DNA of 64,000 bases, taken from the NCBI GenBank assembly GCA_033442325.1, contig JAWQFM010000021.1:537762-601761 (forward strand), read 5' to 3'. The position numbers were made by a program, and so were the translations under genes. The notes beneath the pieces were generated by a model that was given only the letters and a program-made list of their open reading frames with translations, was not told the DNA's origin and did not search any database. Source of the DNA: Salpingoeca rosetta (Eukaryota; Protista; Choanoflagellata). Positions 1-14,116 of this stretch are shown piece after piece; positions within the stretch are counted from its first letter, which is position 1; every line of letters begins with the position of its first letter.

Positions 1-146
1 AAGAGAGGCACGCACTTGGTACTCATGCACACACACACACACATATGCATGTACACACACTCACTCGCACACACTCACACACAACACACTCACTCACAAC
101 GCACACACCACAGCACCCCACGAAACCACACACACACCACAGCACC

Positions 147-1412
147 TCACTCCTGCAGACAAACGTACTTTGCGTTTGTGAGCCTCTTTGTCTTGCTCAT
201 CCTGTGTGTGGTGCCCTGGGTGGTTGCATTGCCCTGCTCCAGCGCCCGCTCAATCGCTGCCTCGTTGTCCATGTTGCCCAGCTGCAAGCCAAAGCCGTTG
301 GCTGTCCTTGATGCCTGATACGTGCCTGTCACTGTGCCGTCAGGAGCTGCAAGTGCGTCATCGCATTCGCCGTTCTTGCTACTCCGTTTCATGCTGCTGA
401 GAAACCCTCGCTTGCTTCCCGTGCGCGTACCACGTGCACCTGCACGCGAGGCCCGCGGCATGACGCGCTTGATGGCGATGGCGGTGCCGTTCAGCTCCCC
501 CTTGATCACAACACCAAACGCGCCCATCCCAAGCACCTCGGGCGGGTCGCTCACAACAACGTCTGCCGCGTCAATCTGCCACAGCTTGTCTGCGCCTCGC
601 CGCACCATGGCAATGGCAATGTACACGCCGATGCCGATCACAGCCAGGGCGCTGCCAATGAAGATGGGCAGGTACTCCTTTGCCTGCATGCAACTGCCGC
701 TGATGTGGAGCGTGCCGACGGGGCACACGCACGTGTTGTCCTGTGTTGCCTCCTGTCCTGGCGGGCACGAACGAGGCTCAACTTGGAGGAGCAACGGGCT
801 GGCGTAGATGGGCTCCCAGTTTTCCGCGCTCGTTGTTCTATCCGCTTCGTAGATCTGAGTTGGTAGTGCAATGCCGCACAGGTGTAAGGGTGTACGCGTG
901 TGAGCTACCACGAACGCAAACCAATTAGAATTTCTGTATCTGAGCAAGCATTCAAGCATGCAAGCATTCATTTCCAGCATGCTCATGGTGTCCCATCTCC
1001 CACAGTACTGAGTTTTGCCATGGACTGACCGCAATCGTGGGCGCTCCAAAGTGTGGCTCCGTGACGTTGATGAGGGCCAGTCCAGCGTGGCCGTCCACAG
1101 GCTGTGCCTCGGTTGTGTACTCGTCTCCGCCTGGCCAGGAAACTCTTACGACGAAGAAAAGCGTGTCTGCGTTGTGACGCCTTTCTGCCAGCCTGTCCTC
1201 AAGGATGAAAAAGAAGACCTGGCCTTGTGTCCCGGTTGCACACTCTTCCATGCGTTGGCATGATTTCTGAAACACCTGTCGTGCAAGATCAGGGTTTGCT
1301 TCGAGGACTTCCTGCGTGACACCATGTGGAACCGGGTGGATCTAAACAACAGATCGCAGAACCAAGAAAGGCAGATCATGAGAGGATTGACTTTCCGAAA
1401 GCAAGCCAAAAT

Positions 1413-1495
<83 letters not shown>

Positions 1496-3799
1496 CACAG
1501 CAGTAAGCCAGGGTTGACACTGTAAGCACACAACCAAACACAAAACTTACCAGAATCGGTGGAGATTCCAGACAAGGGCGGCACATACAACGGGTGTTTC
1601 CCGGACAGTGCACATCAGCACACAGCGCCGGCAGCACAATCTCGTTGTGGTGGAAGTGGGTTGCTGGGCAGATAACTTGTGCAGCATGCAGACCACTTTC
1701 ATGTGCATGTTCATCATCGCCAGGGGTTGCGCCGGTATCTTGTGCGAGGATGACGGTGCCAGGTTCGGCTTCTTGGTGCTGGGTCTCATCAGAATGGTCA
1801 TCATGTGCTGCTTCTGCAATCACCTCCTGTTCTTCCTCAGCGTCAGCCTCATCGTGGCCGTGTTCGTCGTCCTCGCCCTCCTCATGCACGACGATGTGGG
1901 ACATTCTCCGCACACACCGGGCCTCGGTTGTGTGCACCAGGTCGCGCTCAACCACTCCGAAGGTTTCCTGCACGATGATAACAGTATTAGGAAAGATGAG
2001 TGAGTTGGAGAGATCTGGTGTGGCTTGATGAATGCCGTGTGAGACGCGGTACCGCAGGCGCTCAACCACTGACAACGACATCACACACACACACACGCAC
2101 ACACACACAACATGTCGTACAGCAGCTCTCCCCCACTGGGCACACATCGATGTGATTGCCCTACCAGGATGCCGCCGGCAGTGGCAAAGCTCCCTGGAAC
2201 AGAGAGGCGGCACTGGCTGCTATCAGTGTCAAACAAGGCATCGAGCAGCTGGTCTCGCTCCTGGTGTGGAACGGGTATGGTGTGTGTATGTGTGAGTGTG
2301 TGCGTTTGTGAGCAATGGAATGCAGGCAGTGGAGAGGGTGTGCATGCTGCACCGAAGGAAGTAGACGCTGGTCATTCACGCACATACACACACACATACA
2401 CACACACACAGACACACACACAGACACACGCAACAGCACTGCACGCTGACCTCGAGGGATGTGAGGTGCGTTGCAACCAAGGTCCAGCCAGGGTAGACTG
2501 GTGTTGAGCTGAAGTAGGGAAACCGTGTGCCGTCTTCGTCAAAGGCAATCTCCTGAGCGAGGATATCAACGTCGTCCCAGTCCAGCAGCCCTGCGCTTGC
2601 AGAGTGCTCCAGGAATCCTGTCTGCACCATGCCAGCAGCAGCGGCTCCAGACAGCACAGCCTCCAACACGCGCTCCTGCGTTCCCATGAACTGCAGCTGC
2701 ACGTGCCATCAGAGAGGGTGGAGATGGGTAGGTGAGCATTACATACAGAGTGTGTTCGAAGTACGTTGGGGTCAACTAATTGCACGCGTCCACCAAGCAC
2801 ACACACATGCACACATGCAGGCAAGCACACACACACACACACATTCACACACAAAGTTAAGGGCTAACCACGGTGGCGTCGTCGATGAGGTGGCGGCCTG
2901 TCTTGCCATGGTATTTGGCAAAGTTGGCGTGCGTGCTTGCAAAATCGGTGATGGTGGTGCCGGCAACAACCTGGTCCTTGAGGTCTGACAGCGAGACAAT
3001 GCCGGAGTTGCGAAGTGCAAACGTCACGCCGCCAGCCCCATACACAAAGTCGTCCTCCTCATCCACTTCAGGTACTGTGAGACAAACGAGAAAGAAAAGG
3101 GGGAGGAATGAATGGAAGATGAACAGAAAGGGAGCAAGCAGGCAAGGCAGAGAGGGGGGAGCGGGTAATGATTGGCCGTGTGTTCGTGCACGAGGAAGTA
3201 CATGGTGTGAGGGAGTGCTTGAGGGTGAGTTCGCATGCTTGCAAGTATGTAAGCCAGTGCATCGCTCCTTGTGTGTGTGTGTGTGTGTGTGTGTGTGGTG
3301 GACAATTGCTTGCATGCAACTTCAGTCAGCAGCCAATTGCTTGCATGCAACTTCAGTCAGCAGCCACAGACAGACAACCAGCCAGCACACACAGCGGGTG
3401 CGCGTCGTGGACTCACGGTAGGTGTCCGGGAAGCCGAGAGTGGCGAGCGGAGAGTGCCCGCGCTCCACGTCGAGGCAGGCCATGGTCTTGGTGTCAGCGA
3501 GGGCAAAGTCGAGGTCGTTGGCGTTGTCGAGCATCTCCAGCTCGGTCATCCTGTGAATGGTGAAGTTCCATGGCGCGTACTCGTGCAGCAGTTCCTCGAA
3601 GGTGTCGCAAACATCTGTGACAGGCGAAAAAGACGAAAACGTGGCGTGAGCATATGCACGGTGAGCTGACAACACCAACGACGGTGACAAGACCAGAGGT
3701 TGACATAGCAAACACAACACAGACAGACTCCTAGACTCACACATGTACAAACACACAAGAGAAAGAGAGACAGAGAGAGAGAGAGAGAGAGACAGAGAC

Positions 3800-3884
<85 letters not shown>

Positions 3885-4170
3885 ACAAACACAAACACAC
3901 ACACACACACACAATAAACACAACAATACAACGACACAGCACAGCACAGCACAACACAAGCACACAAAGCACACATTCACGAGCACACTCACGGCGCTGA
4001 ACTGGGGAGAGCACGCATCCGATGTTGAACACCTTGCCCGTGAGGTCAAGCTCTTCCTCTTCTTCGTCGTCCTCGTGTTCTTCATTCGCAAACGAAGCGG
4101 TTGGGAAGGTGATCGCCACAACGATAGTGGCGAGCAGAAGTGCTCGCATGAGCAATGCCTTCGTGTTCAT
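147..4170 (-). CDS. Receptor-like Ser/Thr (TKL-type) kinase: signal peptide, phosphonate/phosphate-binding periplasmic-protein-like ectodomain, His/acidic insert, Cys-rich juxtamembrane region, TM helix, start of kinase domain; multi-exon, continues off the left edge
   Basis: ATG at 4170 gives MNTKALLMRALLLATIVVAITF (signal peptide). Exons contain FALADTKTMACLDVERGHSPLATL, GGVTFALRNSGIVSLSDLKDQVVAG, GTQERVLEAVLSGAAAAGMVQTGFLE and STPVYPGWTL (PhnD-like PBP motifs). TM is LPIFIGSALAVIGIGVYIAIAMV, followed by VLGMGAFGVVIKGELNGTAIAIKRV (kinase subdomains I-II). Junctions are GT-AG. Confidence 0.8.
3303..3364. repeat. Perfect 31-bp tandem duplication (2 copies) in an intron
   Basis: caattgcttgcatgcaacttcagtcagcagc at 3303-3333 and 3334-3364. 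Confidence 0.95.
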
Positions 4171-4682
4171 ATTGAGGGGGGTTGGTTGGTTGGTTGGTTG
4201 GTTGACGATGTGTTGCTTGGCTTGTCCTCTTGGTGTTGGCGTTTGATTTGCTGGATGAAAAGTGAAAATGAGTGTGCATCGAGCTCTCCACTTCCATCCA
4301 AGTGCATCACGCACTCTCGTCAAAGTCGCGCACCAAGGGCGCTGTGTTGGTGCGTGCGTGTGAAAGGCCCAAATACATTCCATAACGTGGTTGGGCGCGT
4401 TCGAAACGCTTGGGCTGACAAATTTCTTTGAGATGACGTAACGTTTCGGGCGTTTGGGTGAGTTTAAAGTCAGGTTTCGTCCCGAGTTTGTCAGGATCAT
4501 GACGAAATGCGTGGCCAGATTGGTGCAATATCTCCTTGAAGCGAAAAACACACGAGTTGCCAACACACAGACAAAGCTTCATGAAAGGAAAAACAGCAAC
4601 GACATACGTGCATGAAGGCACGCGGCACTTCGAAGGTTTCATTTTCCATACAACACACAAACATGTGGTTGGTTGCTTCATG

Positions 4683-4856
4683 TCAAAAGTCGCCGTGCAG
4701 CACTTGATCGCACGATCCTAACAGCTCGTCAATGTCGAGGTCGCTTGCCGACATGCGCGCGCGCTTTGGTGGAGGCTGGCCCATCTGCGCCCAAACAGCC
4801 TCCACGCGCTGGGGCACTGCCGCTTGAGGTTGTTGTTTCACACCCTGCCATGATGG

Positions 4857-4947
<91 letters not shown>

Positions 4948-5370
4948 CTTCCCTGCCTGCGGCCCTTGACAGGCTGAGGTGCCCTTCGCGTTGGCTGCAC
5001 AGGCTGCTGTTGTTGCACTGGCGCACGCCCCTGATGTGTACGCCCTGGAGACAGCTTCATGTGTTGCTGTGGTTGTTGTTGTCGTTGTTGTTGTTGGTGC
5101 TGCAGTTGTGCTGGCGTGACAACAGCGGATATGGTGGGAACGTGCGGCACTGGGCGCTGCCCAAGGGACGATGCAGAGGTCACGGCGGCGGTCGTGGCGA
5201 TTGACGTGGTGGTCGTGGGCACAGAGGAGGAGGAAGAAGAGGAGGTTGTGATTGCCGGCAGTCGATGCCCCTGTGACCGTCCGTGGAGCTGTTGTTGCAA
5301 GAACGCAACTTGCGACATCTGAAAGACAAGGCGACATGCACAGAAATAGCCAGTGTGTGTGTGTGTGTGG

Positions 5371-5410
<40 letters not shown>

Positions 5411-5995
5411 ATCCAACGCTTGGTGAGTCGTTTGCTGTGCCGAAGCAAGGGCAACCACAATCACCACAACCTCCAATCCAGACACGCACGACTGGCGCAC
5501 ACACGAGCCACGGGCACATGCATCATGGTGTCACACCTTCTTTTGCTGTCAGGATGGGGCGAGGTCAGGGGTGGCCGAGCAGGTGTACGGGAAGTTGAGT
5601 TGCGTGAGCACATGCATGGCAAGTAGCGGGAGGGAGTGGAGAAGCAGCGCGTACCAGGGAAATGTCACGCACAAAAACGAACGAGCACGGACGGACAGAC
5701 ATGCAGACAGACAGACGAACTCATACACAGAAATACCCACACCCACACACACGTCGCACCTCTTGCAATGTGGTGAGAAGGAAGCGGTTATGCTCCATTG
5801 AATAAGCAATGAACATCACCTGCCCCTGTGCTGGATTGCTCCGGACTGCACAGGCAGCCACAACAACACATCAAATCATACGTGAGCTCATGATCCATGT
5901 TTGTGCAGCAAAGTGCGCGCGCGCGCGCGTGTGTGTGCACGTCTCCTGTGTATTTTTGTGTGTGCGTGTGTGTGTGCACGTCTCCTGTGTATTTC

Positions 5996-6069
<74 letters not shown>

Positions 6070-6564
6070 TGGATGATTGTTGGGGCGCTGCGACGCGTGT
6101 GCGTTGCGAAAGCAGCGTCACAGCGCACGCTGCCCGAAACGTACAAACTTCGAGGAAGTATGGCTTGGCGTAGATGCAGGGGAACTGCAGTGCGTTCCAC
6201 TGCTTCAGCAGCTCGGGTGCCTGGCCGCCTGCAGACGCCAAAGAAATCATCAAGAAAGAAAGAAGGAAGGAAAGAAAGAAGGGAAGAAAGACAGAAAGAA
6301 AGAAATTAAGCAAGAAATGGAGGGAGGAAAGAAAGCGGTTGTGCATGAGAGAAATAAACACTGAAGCGACGAGGGAAAAAGGGCCAAGGAACTCACACCT
6401 ACACAGTTTCACATTCACACACACACATACATACGCCTACACGCACACCGTAACATCGAGCGCACCTTTGATGTGGGCGTTGACTTGGAAGACGGTGCCC
6501 TGGGGCATGCTCTGCCACGGAGCGACACGCTGATCCATTGGCCGCGTGTCTTCATGGAATACGT

Positions 6565-6618
<54 letters not shown>

Positions 6619-6872
6619 GGGCAGAGAATGTTAGCAGGAGTGAGTCAAAGGGCTGAGAGAAAGACGGCAATACACGGCGGATGGTGAACATTCAAACGCG
6701 TCGGCTGTTGTTGTAAACGCGCAGAAGAGCAGCTTAAATTCACACACACAGACACAGACAGACACAGACACACACACAGACACACACCGACACACACCGA
6801 CACACACCGACACACACAGACACACACACAGACACACCGACACACACAGACACACACACACAGACACACCCA

Positions 6873-6924
<52 letters not shown>

Positions 6925-8643
6925 GCAACATGCACGCGAGCTTGGGCGGCATCGGTGGGTGGCGTACACATGTTGGTGGGGAGGACATGGTCGCCGGGGA
7001 TGACGGCGGTGGCGCGGATGACAATCGGAGGCTGCCCGCTGTGCCGCTTCATGCTGCAGGGGTGGTGGTGGTGAGCGAGGTGTGGGGTTGTGGGGAATGT
7101 GACGAAGCAGATGCAACATGGTATCCATGGTACATCGTGCGCATCCACCACTTGCAGTACACTCCACAAAGACACTGGTGCACAGACACAGACACGCACA
7201 CACACACAGACAAACACACACACACACACAAACAAACAAACAAACAAAGAAACAAACAAACACCCAAATCTACATGCCGCTGCCTCACCTGATGTTGATG
7301 GCCTGGGTGTGGCGTGTTCTGAGCTTGAAGGTGGGCACGTAGACGAGGTCTGAGCACACGGCGGGCAGAAGTGGCTTGGCGAGGGAGGTGAACAAGTCAT
7401 CAGCTGGCCGTGTGTTTTCCTCCAACACAGACATGAGGGCGGGCGAGCGAAGGGGTGACAGCACGGATATGTCCGCACGGCGCTTGCGCAGGGCTCGCAG
7501 CAGGTCCTGCCACGACTTGTTGCTGATGCTTGGCATAGCTGCGCTCTCCTTGCTGGTGACATCGGACGGCTCCAGCCCCGTGATGATGATCACAATCTGG
7601 AACGTGTCCTCGTGCTGCGGAAACCGTGTCATGGCCGTGCTCAGCGCCGGCGCGAGTGCGCCGTGCATGCCTTCACCCCACAGCTCCAGCGTCTTCAGCA
7701 GCTCAACAAACTTGCCGTGGTCCGTGATGGCCGGGAAGGTGGTGATGCTGCGTGTTCCCGCCGCCCAGGATATGTCGTCAGGGTACGTCATGAGCGTGTA
7801 CTGGATGGGCTTGTCAGTGCGGCTGGTGTACGAGTGCACCACGGACAAGAGTGGCACGAGGTACGTGCTGACCAAGCGTTTGTACTCGTCTTGGTGCAGC
7901 CCACAACTCTCGTCCACCAGCACCAAACATTCCCATTGCTTTTGCTTGCTTCGATCTCGTGGCAATTGCTGCTGTGGCTGTGGCTGTGGTTGTGGCTGTG
8001 GTTGTGGCTGTGGCTGTGATTGTGGTTGTGGCTGCAGTTGCGGCTGTGGTTGTGGCTGTGGTTGTGGCTGTGGTTGTGGTTGTGGTTGTGGCCGAGGTTG
8101 GTGGTGTGTGTGTTGTTGTGCGGGTTGTGTGTGTTGCCGGTATTGTTGGTACGGCTGTTGGTGGTACTGTTGCTGTTGTTGATTCTGTTGTGGTGGTTGT
8201 TGTTGGTGGTATTGTTGTTGGTGGTACTGCTGTTGTTGTTGTCGTTGCTGCTGCTGCGGTTGGTATGTTTGTTGCTGGAACGATTGCTGGAACGGTTGTT
8301 GTGGTTGTTGTGGTTGATGTTGCTGGTGTCGTTGTGGTTGTTGCTGTGCCATCATCTTGGTTGTATGCGCGTGTACGTGTGTGGTTTGATTCTGGGAGGT
8401 TTGGGTGCCAGTTTCCTGTGTACGTGTGTGTGTGTGCACATGTGTGTGTGTGTGTGTGTGGTGGTCGAAGCAAGCAAAAGGTGAGGGGCAAGAAGAGGAA
8501 GACAGGCAGGGGAGATGATCAAGCACAGGAGAGCAGCCAACCAACCAACATGGAAAGACATTCGGTTTCTTCCCACCGCTGTCTCCTCCGTCGTTGTTGC
8601 TTGCGCTGTCACGCCTTGAAGAAAATGTGTGAATATCGTCCAT
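4683..8643 (-). CDS. MED25: Mediator subunit 25 homolog (Q/P-rich N-terminus, vWA domain, possible ACID-like middle region, polyQ C-terminus); multi-exon, start uncertain
   Basis: The 7290-7950 segment ECLVLVDESCGL..YKRLVSTYLVPLL..QYTLMTY..FVELLKTLELWGEG..LAPALSTAM..IIIT..RRADISVLSPLRSPALMSVLE parallels the MED25 vWA domain (DVVFVIEGTANL..YLLPAI..YSLVVF..FVTWLDGIKFMGGG..IAEGLSTAL..IHFSIVSPRKLPALRLLFE). The last exon is Q-rich and ends at 4683. Confidence 0.75.
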
Positions 8644-8730
8644 AATCATCCCGAGCCAGGATGACACACACACACACACACGCGCGAATTGATGCGTTGA
8701 GGTGTGACGTGACGTGCATGACATGACCAC

Positions 8731-8809
<79 letters not shown>

Positions 8810-9145
8810 GCCTGCCTGCTTTGCGTTGCCTGCTTTGCTTGAGTTGCGTGCGTTGTTATCTTCAATCAGTACTGTAACCACAGGCAAACAACAAGGAGCA
8901 AAGGGGCAGGTCACACAGAGCAGGGATAAGAAAAGCACACCGAACCTATAGATGCAAAGTCAAAACAACCCACACACGTACACGCGCATCATACGCATAC
9001 ACCAGTCCTACAGTCAGCAAAGCACAGAGAGAGACAAGAAGGCAACAACACAGGGGAAGCGCGCTTCTTGTTGCGCATGTGTGTGCGTGTGTGCGTGTGT
9101 GCATGTGTGTGTGTGCGTGTGTCGGGGACGTCATTCCACCGCGTG

Positions 9146-10006
9146 CTACTGCGGACCGAGCGAGACTGGTTGACATGCAATGTTACGTGTAACACACAAA
9201 GCAAGAACAAGATGACAGCGACACGAACCGACGCGTGTGAGGCGTACTCGTTGCAGGCAAAGAAATGCCCTCACACACCACCCACAGATGCCTTCCTCGC
9301 GCCACGCCTGCTCACGCACAAACACACAAACCCACAAACCCACACGCACACACACACACACACCACCACCACACACACACACACNNNNNNNNNNNNNNNN
9401 NNNNNNNNNNNNNNNNNNNNNNNNNNNNNNNNNNNNNNNNNNNNNNNNNNNNNNNNNNNNNNNNNNNNNNNNNNNNNNNNNNNNGGCTTGCGGACGCGAA
9501 GGTGGCAGTAGAAAGGCGATGGCGCCGACGATGACAAGCAGCGCAGCAGCGATGGAGGCAACCACGATGATGCCCCGGTCCGCAAACCCGCGCGCACGCG
9601 CAGCTATTTTCGCAGTGATGCGTAATGTGTGGTTGTGGTGGTGGTGGTGGGAGGTTGAGGGTAGCGTAGTGTGAGGCAAGATGAGTGAGTGAGTGAGTGA
9701 GTGAGTGCGTGAGTGAGTGAGTGAGTGTGTGAGTGAAAGCACAAACGGATTTGCATGTATGTGCGTGCTGACCTTCAATGGCGTACACGAATCCATTTCT
9801 GTGTGCAATGAAGACGGTGCCGTTGGCATCTGCCGCCGCAGACGAGAACACCTGGCCCTGATGGCCGTGAGAAGAATGAGGGAGGGGAGGAGGGATGGTG
9901 GTTGGTGAGTAGGGGATGGGGGATTTCGAAAGCAGACGCAACGCATCACATCACAGACACACAATGAGACTTGTACACATGCATATACACATGCACATAC
10001 AGACAT

Positions 10007-10045
<39 letters not shown>

Positions 10046-10349
10046 CGCACACACACACAGACACACACAGACACACACAGACGCAGGGCGGCTTACCTTC
10101 ATGCGCGGGCGTGCTGGTGTTGGGGCGGCAGCGGAGGCGTTGAGGAAGGTGACGGGGGAGGAGAGGCCACCAAAGACAACAGCGCCGCCAGGACCAGCAA
10201 TGGGCGACGAAAACAGCCAGTTGCCTGCACTCGTCGTGATTGGTGATGGCAAGGGGTGGTGGTGATGGGGACAGTGTGATTGATGGCAGGGACCTTGGTG
10301 TTAGTGTTCTTGTGGTTGACTGCAAACCTAACACAAAGCAAGCACACAT

Positions 10350-10416
<67 letters not shown>

Positions 10417-10922
10417 CTTAAACAACAACTTAAACAACAACTTAAACAACAACTTAAACAACAACAACAACTTAAACAACAACAACAACTTAAACAACAA
10501 CTTAAACAACAACAACTTAAACAACAACAACAACAACAACAACTTAAACAACAACAACAACAACAACTTAAACAACAACAACAACAACTTAAACAACAAC
10601 AACAACAACATCATCATCATCATCATCACCAATTGAAAAGGACCAGATGACGCCCCCCGTGCACGCGTTGTATCCGCGAATGTTGAAGTCCCAGCCGCCA
10701 AACACAAGCGTGTTGTTGTCGTCGAGCGCCGGCGTAATTGACCCATACCCGCTCGTCACCTCATACTGCACCGTCCACCTGGCGATGACGATGGTGATCG
10801 TGGTGGTGGTGGTGGTGGTGGTGATGGTGGTGGTGGTGGTGGTGGTGGTGGAGATGAGGACGTGAGACACAGACAGATTGGATCGCAATGAAATGCAACG
10901 TTGCCCTGTTCTTGTTCTCCGC

Positions 10923-11016
<94 letters not shown>

Positions 11017-12671
11017 CACGTACTGGTCAGCGGTGTCGTTGATGGGGATGGCGTGGAGCCTGTAGTCATCGGTCGGCACATACAGCATGGACAGCGAGTT
11101 GCTCACTGCAGGTGCACTCCACACCGCGCCGCCAACCGCCACGCGGTACAGCTCCATCCCTGCCAAAAGGATAGGGTGGGTTGTGTGTGTGTGTGTGCAT
11201 GTGTGTGTTTGTTTATATGTGTGTTTATATGTGTGTTTGTGTGTGTTTGTATGTGTGTGTGTGTGTGTGTGTGTGCGTGCGTGTGTATGTTTGCGTGTGT
11301 TTGTGTGCGCGTTTGTATGTGTGTGTGTGTGTGCATATGTTTGTGTGAGTGTACACAAGAAAAAAGGGCGTGTGCGCAGTGTTTGTGAACATGCTCTCAA
11401 ACTGCGTCTTGAGCGTCAGCCATGACAACAACACAGCACTACACCACCGGCGTACCATGGGCTTGGCTGAGGGCAATGACGGTGCCTGCCATGGTGGCAA
11501 CGAAGATGACAGAGCCGTCCGAGGCAAGGCTGGCCTGCACATGCTGTTTGGTATCAAACGTCCACACACGGGACACGTGGAGAGCGCGCGTGTCGTACAT
11601 GATGACCAAGCCATCCTCGTTGCTGGGAACATTAGGGCCAGGTGTTGGTGTGAGCGATGAGGGCTTGAGCTGAGCGAAACTGTGGCTTTTCAAAACAAGC
11701 TAATCGTGTAACAATCCATCATCATCCACTTGTGACCCCACACATGAACTTTAACCCACACACGCGCATACATACATCTCGCATGCATCCACCCTCACCC
11801 CCGCATACACACACACACACACACACACACTCTCTCTCTCTCTCACTCACACACACCCTGCGCACGCAAACGCATACGCCAACGACGTACACGCACACAC
11901 ACACACACACATCTGCACACACACACGCACGCACGCACACACGCATACGCATACGCCAACGACGTACACGCACACACACACACACATCTGCACACACGCA
12001 CGCACACACACACACGCACACGCATACACAAACACACGACACACGATGACGCACACAATGGCAACGTGGTGGTCGTCCTGGAGAAGAAGGGGCGAGGCAG
12101 GGATGGCGGCGCCCGTGACATCGCGCCAGGCCAAGTACCCGTGTGCAGCATCCAGCTTGTAGAAGCTGCCGTCCAGCGACGTGACGGCCACAAACTGGCC
12201 CAGGAGCGGCAAGCACGGAGTGGACACGATGGGCCCTCTCGTCGTCATGTTCCACAGCGACTCTCCCGATGTGCGGTCCAAGGCGTGAACCATGCCGCTG
12301 GTCGTGCCAAAGAAGATGGCGTCCTGGGACACGGCAAAGGAGCCCTCCACGACACCCTGACGCACCTCAAACGCCCATTTGATGGTCGGGTGCTCGTTGA
12401 AGGTCATGCTCTCCATGTACCCTGTTCGATTCGCAAACCGCCTGTACTGTGGCCAAGGCGGCATCTGCTGCGACTGTTGTTGCTGCTGTTGCTGCGACTG
12501 TCCTTGCTGTTTCTGCTGCTGCTGAAGTTCCTGATGTTCCTGCTGTTGCTGTGCTTGTGCTTCGACACCCGCAACAGCCAGCACAACCGCCAGCAGCACA
12601 ACAGCAGCCACAACCAGCATGCGCTGTGGCAGCTGCGCCACCGCCACCGCCGCTGGCTTTCTCCTCATCAT
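9146..12671 (-). CDS. Secreted/membrane PQQ-like (BamB-type) beta-propeller protein with C-terminal TM helix; multi-exon, 3' end uncertain (spans gap 9385-9484)
   Basis: Signal peptide [18 protein letters not shown], then polyQ and [12 protein letters not shown]. Repeats include [94 protein letters not shown] and [16 protein letters not shown] is [22 protein letters not shown]. Confidence 0.75.
10351..10630. repeat. Compound (CAA)n array punctuated by CTTAAA units, ending in (CAT)n; intronic in the propeller gene
   Basis: Units of caacaac-ttaaa with variable CAA number are directly visible. Confidence 0.9.
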
Positions 12672-13344
12672 CCTTGCTGGGTTGCTCCAAACCATATGTC
12701 TGTGTGTCGCTGTCGACAACGGTCCATCAATCAACTTGTGTTGTCGTATTATGTTATACCAAAACAAGAATAACACGATTTTACCTGTTTTTTTTGTGGA
12801 ATCATTAATGAATAATCGATGATTGCTTTTATGATGAAGCTGGCGTGAAAAATTATCTTCGGTTCTCGAAACCTATACTGTGCTCTTTGTTGGTGTTCTT
12901 ATGGCAAACCATTGTATCCACATGGGCGCATTAGTCGAACAACCCAATCACCCGCAGAGAAAAGGTAACTGGTTTTTGGGTCGGCTCGCTCGGCTGCACA
13001 CGTGCTTGCGCGCCCTTGTGCTCTCCTTCTTGCTTCTCGCCTGCTCGTGCCTTGCTCTTGCCTGGTGCTTGTGTGTGCCTTTTCTTCCCCAAATCTGCTG
13101 TCTGCACAACACAAGTAAGCTGCCGTGATCTCTTGCGCCCGCCCTTTTCCCCTGCAACTCGTCTGTGCAACGCCGATCCGAAAGTCGCTCTCTCACTCAC
13201 ACGCAACCAACCCCTCTGCGCTTCTCACCCCCCTTTGCTCTCCCTCTTCAAGCCGTCACCATTCCCCGCACCCTGAACTCCGTCTTCACCACGCCCTTCC
13301 CTTTGCACTAACTCTTTTGCACTCCCCCAAAACCCCTTCCAATC

Positions 13345-14046
13345 ATGAGGTGCGTCACGTCACGTCTTTGTGTGCCTGTGCATGCGCGCGCGCTCTTGTG
13401 TGTGTGTGTGTTTGTGCGCGTGCGTGTGCGTGTGCGTGTGTGTGTGTGTTTGTTAGCTTGTTGTTCGCACGCGCCGTGCTGTGGTGCGTGAAGAGGGCAG
13501 CTGTGCGTGCGCGTGCACGAGGTGCAATGCAGCCCGTTGTCCAGCCCACGCCAGAAACATTGCGGCACTGAATGGAACGAGGAACGAGCACAGCGATGCG
13601 GACAGGAAGCAAAGGGACAGCTTGTTGGAGAGATGAAAGAGAACACGTGGTGGCGGGCAGTTGATGTGATCGTGACGCCAGCAAGCGACGGGGATGTCGA
13701 CCAAGATGAGATGACCCCTGCAGTGTGCACTGCAGTCGTTGATGTACCTACCAGTACGAGACAGCTTTCGATGAGGACAACCCCGACCTTCTGCAATGAT
13801 GCACACATGCACGCACGCACGCACGCGCACGTCGGCTGTCATTGTTGATTGTTTCCTTCGTCCTTGAACTGGTTGTCCTTGTGTGGTGGGCGTTGCACAC
13901 ATCAATACCACCACCGCGTCCACGACCACCACAAACTGCACCTGCAACGCTCACCTCTCACATCACCCACCCCTCACATCACACACACACACACACACAC
14001 ACACACAACACCAACCATCTTGTTGCTTGTGCAACCAACCTCCCTT

Positions 14047-14116
<70 letters not shown>

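Noticed and set aside
3303-3364. 31-bp repeat with palindromic core as a possible CRISPR repeat
   Set aside because: Two abutting copies, no spacer, eukaryotic intron, no cas genes
11868-12010. ~75-bp imperfect tandem duplication (similar one at 5930-5995)
   Set aside because: Ordinary slippage duplication within microsatellite-rich introns
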